The notes below the pieces were generated by a model. That model was not told where the DNA came from. It saw nothing but the letters and a program-made list of their open reading frames with translations, and did not search any database. A stretch of DNA of 64,000 bases, from contig CAWCNL010000002.1 in the NCBI GenBank assembly GCA_963796875.1, positions 1,153,134-1,217,133 of the forward strand, read 5' to 3'. Positions within the stretch are counted from its first letter, which is position 1; the number at the start of each line of letters is the position of its first letter. Shown here piece after piece: positions 39,201 through 49,918 of this stretch. The translations under genes and the position numbers were made by a program. This DNA is from an uncultured Actinomycetes bacterium. GTDB taxonomy: Bacteria; Actinomycetota; Thermoleophilia; Gaiellales; JAICJC01.

Positions 39201-40849
39201 TTTCGTCGATGTCGACGTTGAACCCGGCCGGCGTGGCGCCCAGCCCGGGCATCTGCATGATGTCGCCACACAGCGCCGTGAGGAACCCGGCGCCCGTGTA
39301 CGGACGGATGTCGCGCACCGGGATCCGGTAGCCGGTGGGCGCATTGGCAAGCGCGGGATCGGCCGACAGCGAGAGGTGCGTCTTGGCCATGCAGATCGAG
39401 AGGCCGGTCAGCCCGTCGCGCGTGAACTGCTCGACCTTCTGCCGCGCAGCCGGGGCGAAGTCGACGCCCTCGGCGCGGTAGATGCGCTTGGCGATCTTCT
39501 CGATCTTCACGTCGATCGGATCGGAGTCCTCGTACATGAAGTTGAACGTGTTGGGCTGGTCGGCCGCATCGGCCACCGCCTCGGCCATCTCGGCCGCGCC
39601 GGCACCACCCTCGGTGAAGCCCTCGTTCAGCACCGCGGCGTGGGCGCCGTACTCGAGCCCGAGCTTCTGCACCAGCGCCACCTCCTCGTCGGTGTCGCCG
39701 GGGAACCGGTTGGCCGCGACGACCGCCGGCACACCGAACTCCTTGGCGTTCATCAGGTGCCGCTCCAGGTTCCTGCGAACCCTCCTCGATTGCCTTGAGG
39801 CTCTCGGCCTGCGACGGATTGGGGTCGGTCAGACCGGCATGGTGCTTGAGCGCCTTGGCCGTCGCCACGATCACGATCGCGCTGGGCTTGAACCCGCCGC
39901 CGCGGCACACGATGTCCATGAACTTCTCCATGCCCAGATCCGAGCCGAACCCGGCCTCGGTGATCAGGTACTCGCCCAGCTTCTTGCCGGCCAGGTCGGC
40001 GATCACCGAGCTGTTGCCGTGGGCGATGTTGCCGAACGGGCCGATGTGCATGAAGCACGGCTGGCCCTCGAGCGTCTGGATCAGGTTGGGCTTGAGCGCG
40101 TCCTTGAGCAGCACCGTCATGGCACCGGCGCAGCCCATCTGCTCGGCGGTGACCGGATTGCCGTCCAGGTCGTAGCCCACCGTGATCGCACCGATCCGCT
40201 TGCGCAGATCCTGCAGCGAGGTGGCCATGCCCATGATCGCCATGATCTCGGAGGCTGCGACGATGTCGAACCCGGTCTCGCGCGGAATGCCGTGCGTGGG
40301 GCCGCCGAGGCCGGTGGCGATGTTGCGCAGGTTGCGGTCGTTCATGTCGACCGCGCGCCGCCAGGTCACGCCGTGCGGCGCGATCCGGCACTCGTTGCCG
40401 TAGAAGATGTGCCGGTCGACGAACGCGGCCAGCATGTTGTTGGCAGCAGCCACCGCGTGGAAGTCGCCGGTGAAGTGCAGGTTCAGGTCCTCCATCGGGA
40501 CGACCTGGGTGAACCCGCCGCCGGCGGCTCCACCCTTGATGCCGAAGATGGGACCCAGCGACGGCTCGCGCAGGCACAGCACCGGCTTCTTGCCGATCGC
40601 GCCCATGCCCTGCGTCAGCGACACCGACGTCGTCGTCTTGCCCTCGCCCGCCTTGGTCGGCGTGATGGCCGAGACGCAGATGATCTTGGCGTCGGGCGCG
40701 CCCGACAGCCGGTCGATCACGCTCAGGTCGACCTTGGCCTTGTACTTGCCGTAGAGATCGACCTCGTCCTCCTCGAGGCCCATGTCCCTGGCGACATCCA
40801 TGATCGGCCGCAGGGTGGCTTCCTGCGCAATCTCGAGGCTTGACTTCAA
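39175..40849 (-). pseudogene. fhs: formate--tetrahydrofolate ligase, one frameshift
   Basis: ORF 39152..40849 (MKSSLEIAQ.., ..PTKAGEGKTT..) continues in ORF 39175..39753 (..FGVPAVVAANRF.. to ..ENGKTVGLF). Frame switch at ~39770-39782. Confidence 0.9.
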
Positions 40850-40865
40850 CGCTCAGCTCCTTGAT

Positions 40866-42077
40866 TCAGTGGGATACCGCCGCCGCGCCGCGCTCGGACA
40901 CCAGCTGGTCCTCGTAGAAGCGCGAGAGCCGGAACGGCTCGATCAGGGCGGGTGTCTTGTCGGTGGCGATCAGCTCGGCCATCGTGTGGCCGACGATCGG
41001 TGATGCCTTGAAGCCGTAGGTGCCCCAGCCCGCATCGAGCAGGAACCCGTCGACCTCGGTAACGCCCATCAGCGGCGAGTAGTCCGGCGACACGTCGCAC
41101 AGTCCCGTCCACTGGCGCAGGATCTTGGCCTCGCCCAGCATCGGCAAGAGCTCGACCATGTGCATGGCCAGATCCTCGATGAACCGGAACGTGCCCTTGG
41201 TCGAGTAGCCGGAGTACGGCTCGATCTCGGAGCCCATCACGAACTCGCCGCGGTCAGACTGGCTGATGTAGATGTGCAGCGTGCCCGAGACGATGATCTT
41301 GTGCAGCAGCGGCTTGACCGGCTCGGTCACGCACGCCTGCAGGATGTGAGTGGTCAGCGGCAGCGGGATGTTGACCATCTCGCAGACCCCGGTGCTCCAC
41401 CCGGCGACGCACGAGATCACCTTGCCGGCGTTGATCGTGCCGCGGTTGGTCTCGACGCCCGTGACCTTGCCGCCCGACACGTTGATGCCGGTGACCTCGG
41501 TGTACGGATGGATCTCGACGCCCATCCGATCGGCTTCCTTGCCGTAGCCCCACACCACTGCGTCGTGGCGGATGATGCCGCCCGGCGGGTGGTAGAGCGC
41601 GGCCAGGATCGGGAACGTCGGATGGTCGGTCACGTCCAGCTGCGGGCACAGCTCCTTGATCTCGTCGGGGTAGACCACCCGCGAGTCGACGCCCACCAGC
41701 CGGTTCACCTCGGCGCGCTCCATCATCGTGTTGACCGAGCGGTCGGAGTGCGCCAGCGTCAGGTGGCCCTGCTGCGAGAGCATGGTGTTGAAGTTGAGCT
41801 CCTGCGACAGCGACTCGTACAGGTTCAGGCTGGCCTGGTAGAACAGCGAACCCTCCGGCGTCAGGTAGTTGGAGCGCACGATGGTGGTGTTGCGCCCCGA
41901 GCCGCCCGCGCCCATGTACGACTTGTCCAGCACCGCGACATTGGTCATACCATGGTTCTTGGCAAGGTAGTAGGCGGTGGCGAGACCATGCGCACCCGCG
42001 CCGATGATGATTGCGTCGTACGAGCTCTTCAGGTCGTGGCGCTTGAAGTAGCGGTGCTTTTTCAAGAGGCCGATCAT
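40866..42077 (-). CDS. soxB: sarcosine oxidase subunit beta family (SoxB / N-methylglutamate dehydrogenase MgdA-like)
   Basis: From ATG 42077 (AGGAGG RBS) in ORF 40866..42323. ..YDAIIIGAGAHGLATAYYLAKNHGMTNVAVLDK.. and ..GRNTTIVRSNY... Confidence 0.85.
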   Translation of the reverse strand: MIGLLKKHRYFKRHDLKSSYDAIIIGAGAHGLATAYYLAKNHGMTNVAVLDKSYMGAGGSGRNTTIVRSNYLTPEGSLFYQASLNLYESLSQELNFNTMLSQQGHLTLAHSDRSVNTMMERAEVNRLVGVDSRVVYPDEIKELCPQLDVTDHPTFPILAALYHPPGGIIRHDAVVWGYGKEADRMGVEIHPYTEVTGINVSGGKVTGVETNRGTINAGKVISCVAGWSTGVCEMVNIPLPLTTHILQACVTEPVKPLLHKIIVSGTLHIYISQSDRGEFVMGSEIEPYSGYSTKGTFRFIEDLAMHMVELLPMLGEAKILRQWTGLCDVSPDYSPLMGVTEVDGFLLDAGWGTYGFKASPIVGHTMAELIATDKTPALIEPFRLSRFYEDQLVSERGAAAVSH

Positions 42078-42748
42078 GCCTCCACCTCCTGCTTGGGCAC
42101 ACCCAACGGGCTCACCGGGGTGAGATCGAAATTGACGCCGGCATCCAGGATGGCCTCCCAGAAGTACTCGCCGAACTCCCAGCCGATCAGCATCACGATG
42201 TGATCGCCGGCGTTGAGAGTGATCGACGGGCAGCGCATGACCGAGCCGCCCATGCACCGGTTTGCCGGGAACTTGCTCTCGCGTACATCCGATCCGGATG
42301 AGCGCATCCACACCTCGCGCCACTGCTCACCGCCAACCTCGACGGCGGCCATCGCGCAGCTCACGTCGACCGCGGCGGCGCCGATCCGCTGGCGCAGCTC
42401 GGCCACCCGGCCGAACGGACACAGGACGTAGCCGTGGATGGCGGTCAACCGCAGCGTCCATACCCCGTCGTCGTTGCGGGCATGGCCGGGCTCGAGTCCC
42501 CCGGTGAGCTTGTCGAGCTCCTCGGCGGTACCGCGCACATCGAGCTTGCCCATGTGCGAGAGGTCGGTGATCCAGAGATCGGCGTCGGCGTCCGGATAGG
42601 ACGCCAGCCGCCAGCCCTCGTGGTCGACCAGGGTCGCGCCGGCGGCCAGATGCGAGCGCTCCATGGGGGTGCGCAGCGCGGGAGTGTGCGCTGCGCTGCC
42701 CGCCACCGAGGCGGGCGAGAGGAACGCGTAGGGATCGGTAACCGTCAT
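42074..42748 (-). CDS. soxG: sarcosine oxidase subunit gamma family
   Basis: From ATG 42748 in ORF 42074..42874. ATGA overlaps with both neighbouring genes. Size and position fit SoxG. Confidence 0.7.
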   Translation of the reverse strand: MTVTDPYAFLSPASVAGSAAHTPALRTPMERSHLAAGATLVDHEGWRLASYPDADADLWITDLSHMGKLDVRGTAEELDKLTGGLEPGHARNDDGVWTLRLTAIHGYVLCPFGRVAELRQRIGAAAVDVSCAMAAVEVGGEQWREVWMRSSGSDVRESKFPANRCMGGSVMRCPSITLNAGDHIVMLIGWEFGEYFWEAILDAGVNFDLTPVSPLGVPKQEVEA

Positions 42749-45473
42749 GAGCGCAGCTTCTCTCCATCGGGGTCGTAGAAGGCCTTGTGAGTCACGGTCG
42801 CGGGGATCTTGGCTCCCGACGGATCGCTGATCGTGAGCGAGCGGCCCTCCTCGGCGTGGTCGATCGGCACCCACGCGATCCCGATCGACTTACCCAGCCG
42901 CTTGGAGAACCGCGAGCTGGTGATGCGGCCGATCGGCCGGCCGTTGTCACCGATCACCTGCGTCCCCTCGACGGGCGTACGGTCGTTGTCGGTGGTGAAC
43001 CCGATCAGCGCGAACCGGTCGCCGCGGCGCTTGAAGTACTCCAGCGAGTACTTGCCGATCCACGGCGACTCCTTGTCCAGCTTCACGATCCACGGCATGG
43101 CCGCCTCGAGCGGGTTGGACTCGGCGTTGGTGTCCTGGCCGACGATCACGTGCATCTTCTCGAGCCGCAGCACGCGCTGGGGCTCGAGCCCGAAGGGCTT
43201 CACCGAGAACTCGGCGCCGGCCTCCATCAGCTGCTCCCACAGGTACTCGCCGGCAGCGCTGGGGTAGTGGATCTCGTAGCCCAGCTCGCCCACGAAGCCG
43301 ATCCGCAGGAGCAGGGCGGGCACGCCCGCGATGTTTGCGTGACCGGCGCCCAGGTACGGAAACGCCTCGTTCGAGATGTCGAAGTCGGTCAGCTTGGCGA
43401 GCGCGGTGCGCGCGTTGGGGCCCGGCCAGGTTGACGGCCGCGATCGCGCTGGTCACGTTGATCACCTGCACGTCCATGTTCCACACGGCGTTCCACCAGG
43501 TGAACCACTGCTCCATGCCGCCGGCGCCCGACGACGTGGTGGTCACGTAGTACTCGGTCTCGGAGAGCCGCGCGACGGTGCCGTCGTCGATGATCGAGCC
43601 GTCGTCGCCGCACACCACGCCGTAGCGCACGCGGGCGGTCTTCATGTCGCCGAACCGGTTGGGGTAGAGCCGCTCGAGGAACTCGGCGGCGTCAGGCCCG
43701 CGCACGATCAGCTTGCCCAGCGTCGAGACGTCGATCAGCCCCAGCGACTCGTGCACCGCGGCGGTCTCGTCTTCGGGCGTGCCGTAGTCGTAGGCGCGCT
43801 TCCAGTCGCCGGCCCACAGCATCTTTCCGCCGTGCTCTTCGTGCCAGTGGTGGATCGCGGTGCGCTTGACCGGCTCGTAGCCGCGCCCGGCCAGAATCGA
43901 GAAGCTGGTGGGGTGGTGCGGCGGCCGCGCGGTGGTCACACCGGCCTGCTGGCGCGTCGGGGTCGATGCCCAGCTCGGCGGCCATCAGGAGGCCCGAGTT
44001 GCGGTGGCACATGCGGCCCTGGCAAGGGCCCATGGTGACGGTCGTGTAGCGCTTGCTCAGCTCGAGCGAGGCAAAGCCCTCCTGGATCGACTGGCCCACG
44101 TCCTTGGTGGTGACGTCCTCGCAGAAGCACACGAACTGCTTGCCCTTGGCGCTGCCGCACTTGGCCGGAATCGCCTCGGTGGTGCCGACGGGGTCGACCT
44201 CGACGCGGACGCCCTCGGGGACCCGGTCGGGTACGTAGACGCGGCGTTCGCGGTCGTACTTGATCGAGCCGCCGGCCTGGGTCAGGAACCCGAGCTGGCC
44301 GACCCGCCCGCCGCTCATCAGCACCAGGTCGGCGCTCAGCGAGCGCCGCTCCGAGCCGTTTGCCACCGTGATGCCCGAGACGGCCTTCGAGCCCTTGGCC
44401 GCCACCGGAGCGAACCCGGTGAGGTGCTGGATATTGGCGTTGGCGAGGCGTTCGGAAGGTGCGCCGGTGCGCGTATCGGCCACCGCTTCGACGTGGATGC
44501 CGGCGTTGGCCAGATCGATCGCGGCGTCGATGCCCGCATCGTCCGAGCAGACCACCACGGCCTGCTCGCCGGGGGCGACCCGGAACTGGTTGACCAGCCG
44601 CCGTGCCGCTCCGCCCAGCATCACGCCGGGGAGGTCGTTCTTCTCGAATACCAGCGGCTGCTCGAGCGTGCCGCCGGCCAGCACCACCTCGGCGGCGCGG
44701 AACCGGTGCATGGTGTCGCCCTGGTAGACGGGCACCAGATTGCCCTCGTACACGCCGCCGGCGTAGGCCGGCTGCAGGACGTGCACGCCCACCTCGCGGG
44801 CGCGCTCGGCCAGCTTCGCCGCCGTATCGGCGGCGTCAGGGCCGGCGTAGGAGAGCAGGCCGCCCAGCGCCAGACCCTCCTCGACCAGCGCCACGTCCTT
44901 GCCCTGCTCGGCCGCGGCGATCGCGGCTTCCAGGCCGGAGTGGCCGCCGCCGATGACGAGCACGTCGACGTGGCGATGCACCTTTTCGAACCGGCGGCTG
45001 CGGCGATGGTCGGGATCGAGCTGACCCAGGCCGGCCGCTCCGCGCAGGAACCGCTCGTAGTACTTCCACGCCCACTTGGGGCGGATGAAGGTCTTGTAGT
45101 AGAAGCCCACCTGCATGCCGAAGCCCGGCGTGACCTTGGTCAGCGAGTGCAGCGCGTCGCGCTCGAGCGACGGCCAGGCGTTGATGTGCTGCACCTGCAT
45201 CCCGCCGGTGATCGGCGTCATGCAGGCCTTCACGGTCGGCGTGTCGCCCACCTTGACCAGGCAGTTGGGGCATGCGCCGCCGCAGCACATCAGGCCGCGC
45301 GGGCGGTGGTACTTGAACGAACGCGAGAACACTCGCACGCCCGCTGCATACAGGGCCGAGGCGATGGTGTCGCCGGCGTAGCCGGTGTACGGCTCTCCCT
45401 GCCACGAGAAGGCGATCTCGCGCGAGCGGTCGATCAGTTCGCTGCGCTGCTCGGACAGACGGGGACTAGCCAT
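42745..45473 (-). pseudogene. soxA: sarcosine oxidase subunit alpha family, two frameshifts
   Basis: Pieces: ORF 43692..45473 (N-terminus, Cys cluster, FAD/NAD folds), ORF 42947..43939 and ORF 42745..43323 (GcvT-like folate-binding C-terminus). Frame switches at ~43955-43962 and ~43417-43423, both at G/C runs. Confidence 0.85.
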
Positions 45474-45729
45474 TCAACGCTCCGGGTTTGGCGGTTTCGA
45501 GCACCGTGTTGTCAGTGGTAATACGCCGCGCCTGGAACCACTCGCGGCAGCCCGAGGAGTGGAACCACCACTCGGTCTGCTCGCCGGCCACGTTGCGGCG
45601 GAAGTACAGGTAGCTGAAGAGGGCGTGCTCGTCCTCTGAGGAGTCGGGGCGAGAGGTGATCTCGCCGCCGTAGGAGAACTCGTCCACGGGGCGGCGACCG
45701 CAGTTGGGGCACGTGAGGAGAAAGCTCAT
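45466..45729 (-). CDS. soxD: sarcosine oxidase subunit delta family
   Basis: From ATG 45729. MSFLLTCPNCGRRPVDEFSYGGE.. is the typical SoxD zinc-ribbon N-terminus. 87 aa. Overlaps the soxA start. Confidence 0.85.
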   Translation of the reverse strand: MSFLLTCPNCGRRPVDEFSYGGEITSRPDSSEDEHALFSYLYFRRNVAGEQTEWWFHSSGCREWFQARRITTDNTVLETAKPGALNG

Positions 45730-45948
45730 CGCAGGTCGAGGGTTCCTTCCAGATCCGAGGCATCGGGGAGGGCGTGGCCGTTCGCAGACTCGTATAGAGA
45801 AACCCACACCCGCACGGACCGCTCACCCTTCCCGGAAGATTCCGCCTGATCCTAAGCCAAAAGGCCCGGAAGGGACACCAGTTGGCGGCGCACAATTCCG
45901 CGAGTTCCTATGTGGAGTCGTCCACCCACCGCCCGCGGGAGCACACCC

Positions 45949-46041
45949 AAAGGGGGTCAGCCACCTTTTGTGCATCCGTGGCGTTTGTTGCAACCCTAGG
46001 CGTTTGCCCATGCACAAAAGGTGGCTGACCCCCTTTGTGCG
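45949..46041. repeat. composite palindromic element, TGCA-terminus subtype (copy of 8648-8744)
   Basis: Arms AAAGGGGGTCAGCCACCTTTTGTGCAT (45949-45975) and ATGCACAAAAGGTGGCTGACCCCCTTTGTGCG (46010-46041). The 34-nt spacer matches the 8679-8712 spacer at 28 of 34 positions. Abuts the regulator stop at 46042. Confidence 0.9.
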
Positions 46042-47860
46042 TTAGAGCTGGTGGCCCAGCGCGTGCTCGAGGCGCAGCAGCTTCAGCTCGATCTCGATCA
46101 TCAGCCAGTCCTCGTTCTGCACGTCGAGGCCGGTCAGATCCTCGATCCGGCGCAGCCGCTGGCGCAGCGTATTTGGGTGCACGAACAGCGTCTGGGCGGC
46201 GGCGGCGATGTTGCCGCGGCGCTTGAGGAACTCCTCGAGCGTGGTGAGAAGCTGCGAGCGGTGGCGGCGGTCGTAGTCGACCAGGATCTCGAGCGCGTCG
46301 CCGCGCGGGTCGCGCACACGCCCGTCTCGGCCCACCCGCAGCAGATACTTGTAGGCGCCCAGATCGTCGAATGCGACGACGCTGGGATTGGGGCTCACGA
46401 TCGCGGCCGCCGCGACCGCCTGCTCGGCCTCCTCGAACCCGGTGCGAAAGCTCACCGCACCCGTGCACCGCTGCGATGTGCCGATCGCCAGCGGATGGCG
46501 GGCGTTGAGCGACGCGTGCAGTTCGCGGAGCTTCTCGAGGGCGCGCTCCTCGCCGCCCGTACCCAACCGCACCAGGCCGCGCAGCGCGGTGTCGCGGCGG
46601 TCGAACAGCGATCCGGGGAACATGCGCGTGGCCTGATTCTCGAGGCTGGCCGTGACGTCGTCCCAGGACTGCTGTGCGGTGCCCGGCCGCGGCACCGCCT
46701 GCAGCACCAGGTGCGGCTGTTCGAGATCGGCCCCCAACCCGCGCGCCCGGTTGTTGCAGCTCGTCGGGGGCGGCGGTGGCGTGGGCCAGGTCCTCGAGCA
46801 GGTCCTTGATCGCGTTTCGCTCGGTGAGCCGGTCGATCAGCTCGACCTTCTTGATCGCGACAGCGGTCTGGCCGGCGATCGAGGCGGCGATCTCGCGTTC
46901 CTCGGCGTCCATGCGCCGGCCTGCGGGGATCCGCAGCGCCAGGAACCCGACCAGCTCGTCGGCCGAGACCAGCGACAGCACCGCCGCAGAGCCGTGCGTG
47001 TCGGGGCCCCACAGCCGCATGCTGAGGTTGCCGGCGGCGCCGTTGCGGCGGGCCAGTTCGACGCTCATCTCGTGCGCCGTGAGGGGCGAGGGCGGGGCGG
47101 CGTCGGGTGGCCAGGCGCTGCACAGGAGCTTTGCGCCGCCGGCGGGATCGACCACGTAGAGCTGGCAGGCGTCGACCGTGAGCAGGCGGTGGGCGCGCTT
47201 GGTGACGGCCGGCAGCAGATCGTCCAGCCGCGCTGCGCCGGCCACCGCCCGGGCCAGATCGGCGAGCCCCTCGACCAGCGCCAGGCGGCGCCGCGTGTCC
47301 TGGTAGAGCCGCGCGTTCTCGATCGCTCCGGCCACCAGCGACGCGGACTGCATGAGGAAGTCGGAGTCGGCCTGGGTGAACTCGCGCGGCGCCTCGCCGT
47401 GGAGCGCGATCACCCCGATCACGGTGCCCGACTTGTCGGTCAGGGGCACCGCTACGAGCGACTGGTAGTCCTCCTCCTCGGCCTCGGGCACGATCTTCAC
47501 GCGCGGATCGGCGAGGGCGTTGTCGCCCAGGAATACCGGCTGATTGTTGGCGGCCACCCAGCCCGCCAGACCCTCGCCGTGCTCGAACCGCAGCCGGCCC
47601 ACCAGCGCCCCGTACGGGTCGGACACGGAGCGCAGCGCCAGCGAGCCGTCGGCGGGATCGACGAAGTACACGAAGCACGCGTGGCAGTCGATCGCGTCGG
47701 AGATCAGATCGACGATCGCGCGCAGCACCCGGTCCAGATCGAGGGTCGACGAAACCGTGTTGATGATCTGGTGCAGATACCGGCTGTCGACGCCGACGCG
47801 GGCAGCAGGCCGCCCGGCGGCCGGGGTTGTGTCGGAAACCGACATGTAGGAATCGTACAT
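46042..47860 (-). pseudogene. GAF-GAF-PucR/CdaR family transcriptional regulator, one frameshift
   Basis: ORF 45908..47860 (two GAF-like segments) plus ORF 46042..46737 (PucR C-terminal HTH ..NIAAAAQTLFVHPNTLRQRLRRIE..). Frame switch at ~46747-46752. Confidence 0.8.
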
Positions 47861-47970
47861 GTGAAGGTCTCCATGTCGTGCGATATAGCACCTCCCCGTC
47901 GCTCCGGGTTTGCAGGTTGAGTAGGATGGTTTCGCCTAATTTTTCGACGTTACGAAGAAGGGAGAACCGG

Positions 47971-49346
47971 ATGGCAACGGTTGCCGAGTCCGCGATGGAC
48001 GGACTTGACCCGATGTTCCAGCCTGACTGGTACCTGGATGACGAGCAGAAGGCTCTGCTGGAACGACTCAAGGAGATCTGCGAGGAGACCATCCGGCCGC
48101 TGGCGGCTGAGAACGACCGCACGCTGACGTTCCCGCGCAAGAGCCTCGAGGCTCTGGGCGCCGGACGGATTCCTGGGGCTGATGCTGCCCAAGGAGTGGG
48201 GCGGTCTGGGTCAGAACCACGTCATGTACGCAAACGTGACCGAGACGATCGCGCGCTACGGCGACGCCTCGTGCGCAATGTGTTACACGATGCACATCGG
48301 GGCGGTCGAGTCGCTCAAGCTGCGCGCGACCGACTACCTGATCGAGAACTACCTGAAGAAGGTGCGGGACGGCCTTCTGGGCACGCTGTCGTACTCGGAT
48401 CCCGAGACGGGATCGCACTTCTGGTACCCGATCGCCTCGGGCGCCCGCAAGGCGGACGGCGGCTACGAGGTGCTGAAGAAGGCGTCGTGGACGACGTCGG
48501 CCGGGTTTGCCGACTTCTATGTGCTGCAGACCACATCGCCCGATTACAACGGCGACTACTCGAATCTGTCGGTGTTCGTCGTCGACAAGTCCGAGATCGA
48601 GGCCAAGCCCGAAGAGTGGGACGCCATGGGCCTGCGCGGCAACCAGTCGGGCACGCTCCTGCTGGACTGGAAGTTCGTCCCCGAGGAGCAGCTGGTGGGC
48701 GAGATCGGCGACGGCGCGTTCTCCAACGACGAGTCCGTCGATCCCAACTTCCTGATCGGGTCGTCGGGCACGTGGAACGGCATCGCGCTGGGCGCCATCG
48801 ACATCGCCGTGCGCCACACCACGCGCAAGACCCACAAGGACGTGGGCCTGCGGGTGTGCGACTACCCGACCATTCAGGACGCGGTCGGCGAGGCGATCAT
48901 GGACACCAATGCGTCACGGTTGCTGACGTTCGGTGTGGCCCACGCGCTCGACCTGGTGACCGACGGCTCGCAGAGCCAAGATCACCGACGAGCTGGCCCG
49001 CGGCAACTACCTGCCGTGGCTCTGGCAGATCAAGTTCACGGCCGCCAAGAACGTGGCCCACGTGGTGGACAAGATGCTGCACTGCTGCGGTGGCACGGCC
49101 TACAAGAAGGAGCCGCTGCAGCTCGAGCGCTACCTGCGCGACGGCAAGGCCGGCTGGGTGATGGGGCCGACCAACGAGGTACTGCGCCAGTTCGTGGGTA
49201 AGACGGCGCTTCTGGGCATGGAGTCGCTCGACTACTGGAACGTGGTCATCAACCAGCGCGCGCTCTCCAACGAGCTCAAGAAGATGACGTCGGACGAGAA
49301 GCGCGAGCTTGCCGAGAAGCTGCTCGCCGAAGCAGACGCAGGGTAA
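47971..49346 (+). pseudogene. acyl-CoA dehydrogenase family protein, two frameshifts
   Basis: From ATG 47971 (RBS GAAGGGAGAA) in the ORF 47827..49161 frame, then ORF 48182..49201, then ORF 49053..49346. Frame switches at ~48158-48166 and ~48971-48979. Confidence 0.75.
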
Positions 49347-49360
49347 TTCCGGATTCCGGG

Positions 49361-49387
49361 CGGCCGCCGGCTAGCTGCCGGCGGCCG
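49361..49387. terminator. GC-rich hairpin between convergent genes (no T-tract)
   Basis: The 11-bp stem CGGCCGCCGGC / GCCGGCGGCCG with loop TAGCT overlaps the stop codon of the minus-strand gene. Confidence 0.3.
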
Positions 49388-49874
49388 GCTCGCCCTCGAT
49401 CTGCCACGATCGGGTGAGCTTGGCCACCGCCTTCTTGTGCTTTCGATGCACAAGAGGACGCAGGTACACAAACCACGAGAGCAGCGTCACCGAGAGGCCG
49501 GCAAACGTCGAGATCAGCTGGCCGGTGAGCGCGACCACGAGTACGACGGTGGCCAGCACCACCATCACCCCATAGCCGATCCGGCGGTAGCGACGGTCGA
49601 GGTTGGCGATCTGCTGGTAGTCGCCGCTGGGGATCTGGGTCGTGTCGTAGCGGCGGCCACAGCTGGGGCACGTCCACGTCTCGCCGTAGAGCGCGAGGCC
49701 CGACGTGCCGCAGTCGCACGTGAGGTTGATCCGGGGCGGCCGGGTGTTGAGCACGGACTTGAGATCCACGTGTGTATCTTCGCGCACTCCGGCGTCTGGC
49801 GCCACGTCCATACTCACACCGAGACGCGAGAACCTTGACCTATCGAGGGCGATCCTGTTTGATGCTCGCGCCAC
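49371..49874 (-). CDS. hypothetical membrane protein with N-terminal zinc-ribbon-like CxC..CxxC motif
   Basis: 167-aa ORF with ..LTCDCGTSG..WTCPSCGRRYD.. followed by two hydrophobic helices. The start is uncertain (GTG 49874 or ATG 49811). Confidence 0.5.
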   Translation of the reverse strand: MARASNRIALDRSRFSRLGVSMDVAPDAGVREDTHVDLKSVLNTRPPRINLTCDCGTSGLALYGETWTCPSCGRRYDTTQIPSGDYQQIANLDRRYRRIGYGVMVVLATVVLVVALTGQLISTFAGLSVTLLSWFVYLRPLVHRKHKKAVAKLTRSWQIEGEPAAGS

Positions 49875-49918
49875 TCTGTTTTCCGGCTTATACGGTTTAT
49901 CCCCACTAGGAGGGTTCT

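Noticed and set aside
45730-45948. Riboswitch (glycine or THF type) in the ~220-nt leader upstream of soxD.
   Set aside because: Reading the minus-strand sense sequence, I could not find the conserved glycine-aptamer cores (GGAGAG .. CCGAAGGGGCAA) or anything resembling the THF aptamer. Only short generic hairpins are present. A covariance-model scan would be needed to exclude this formally.
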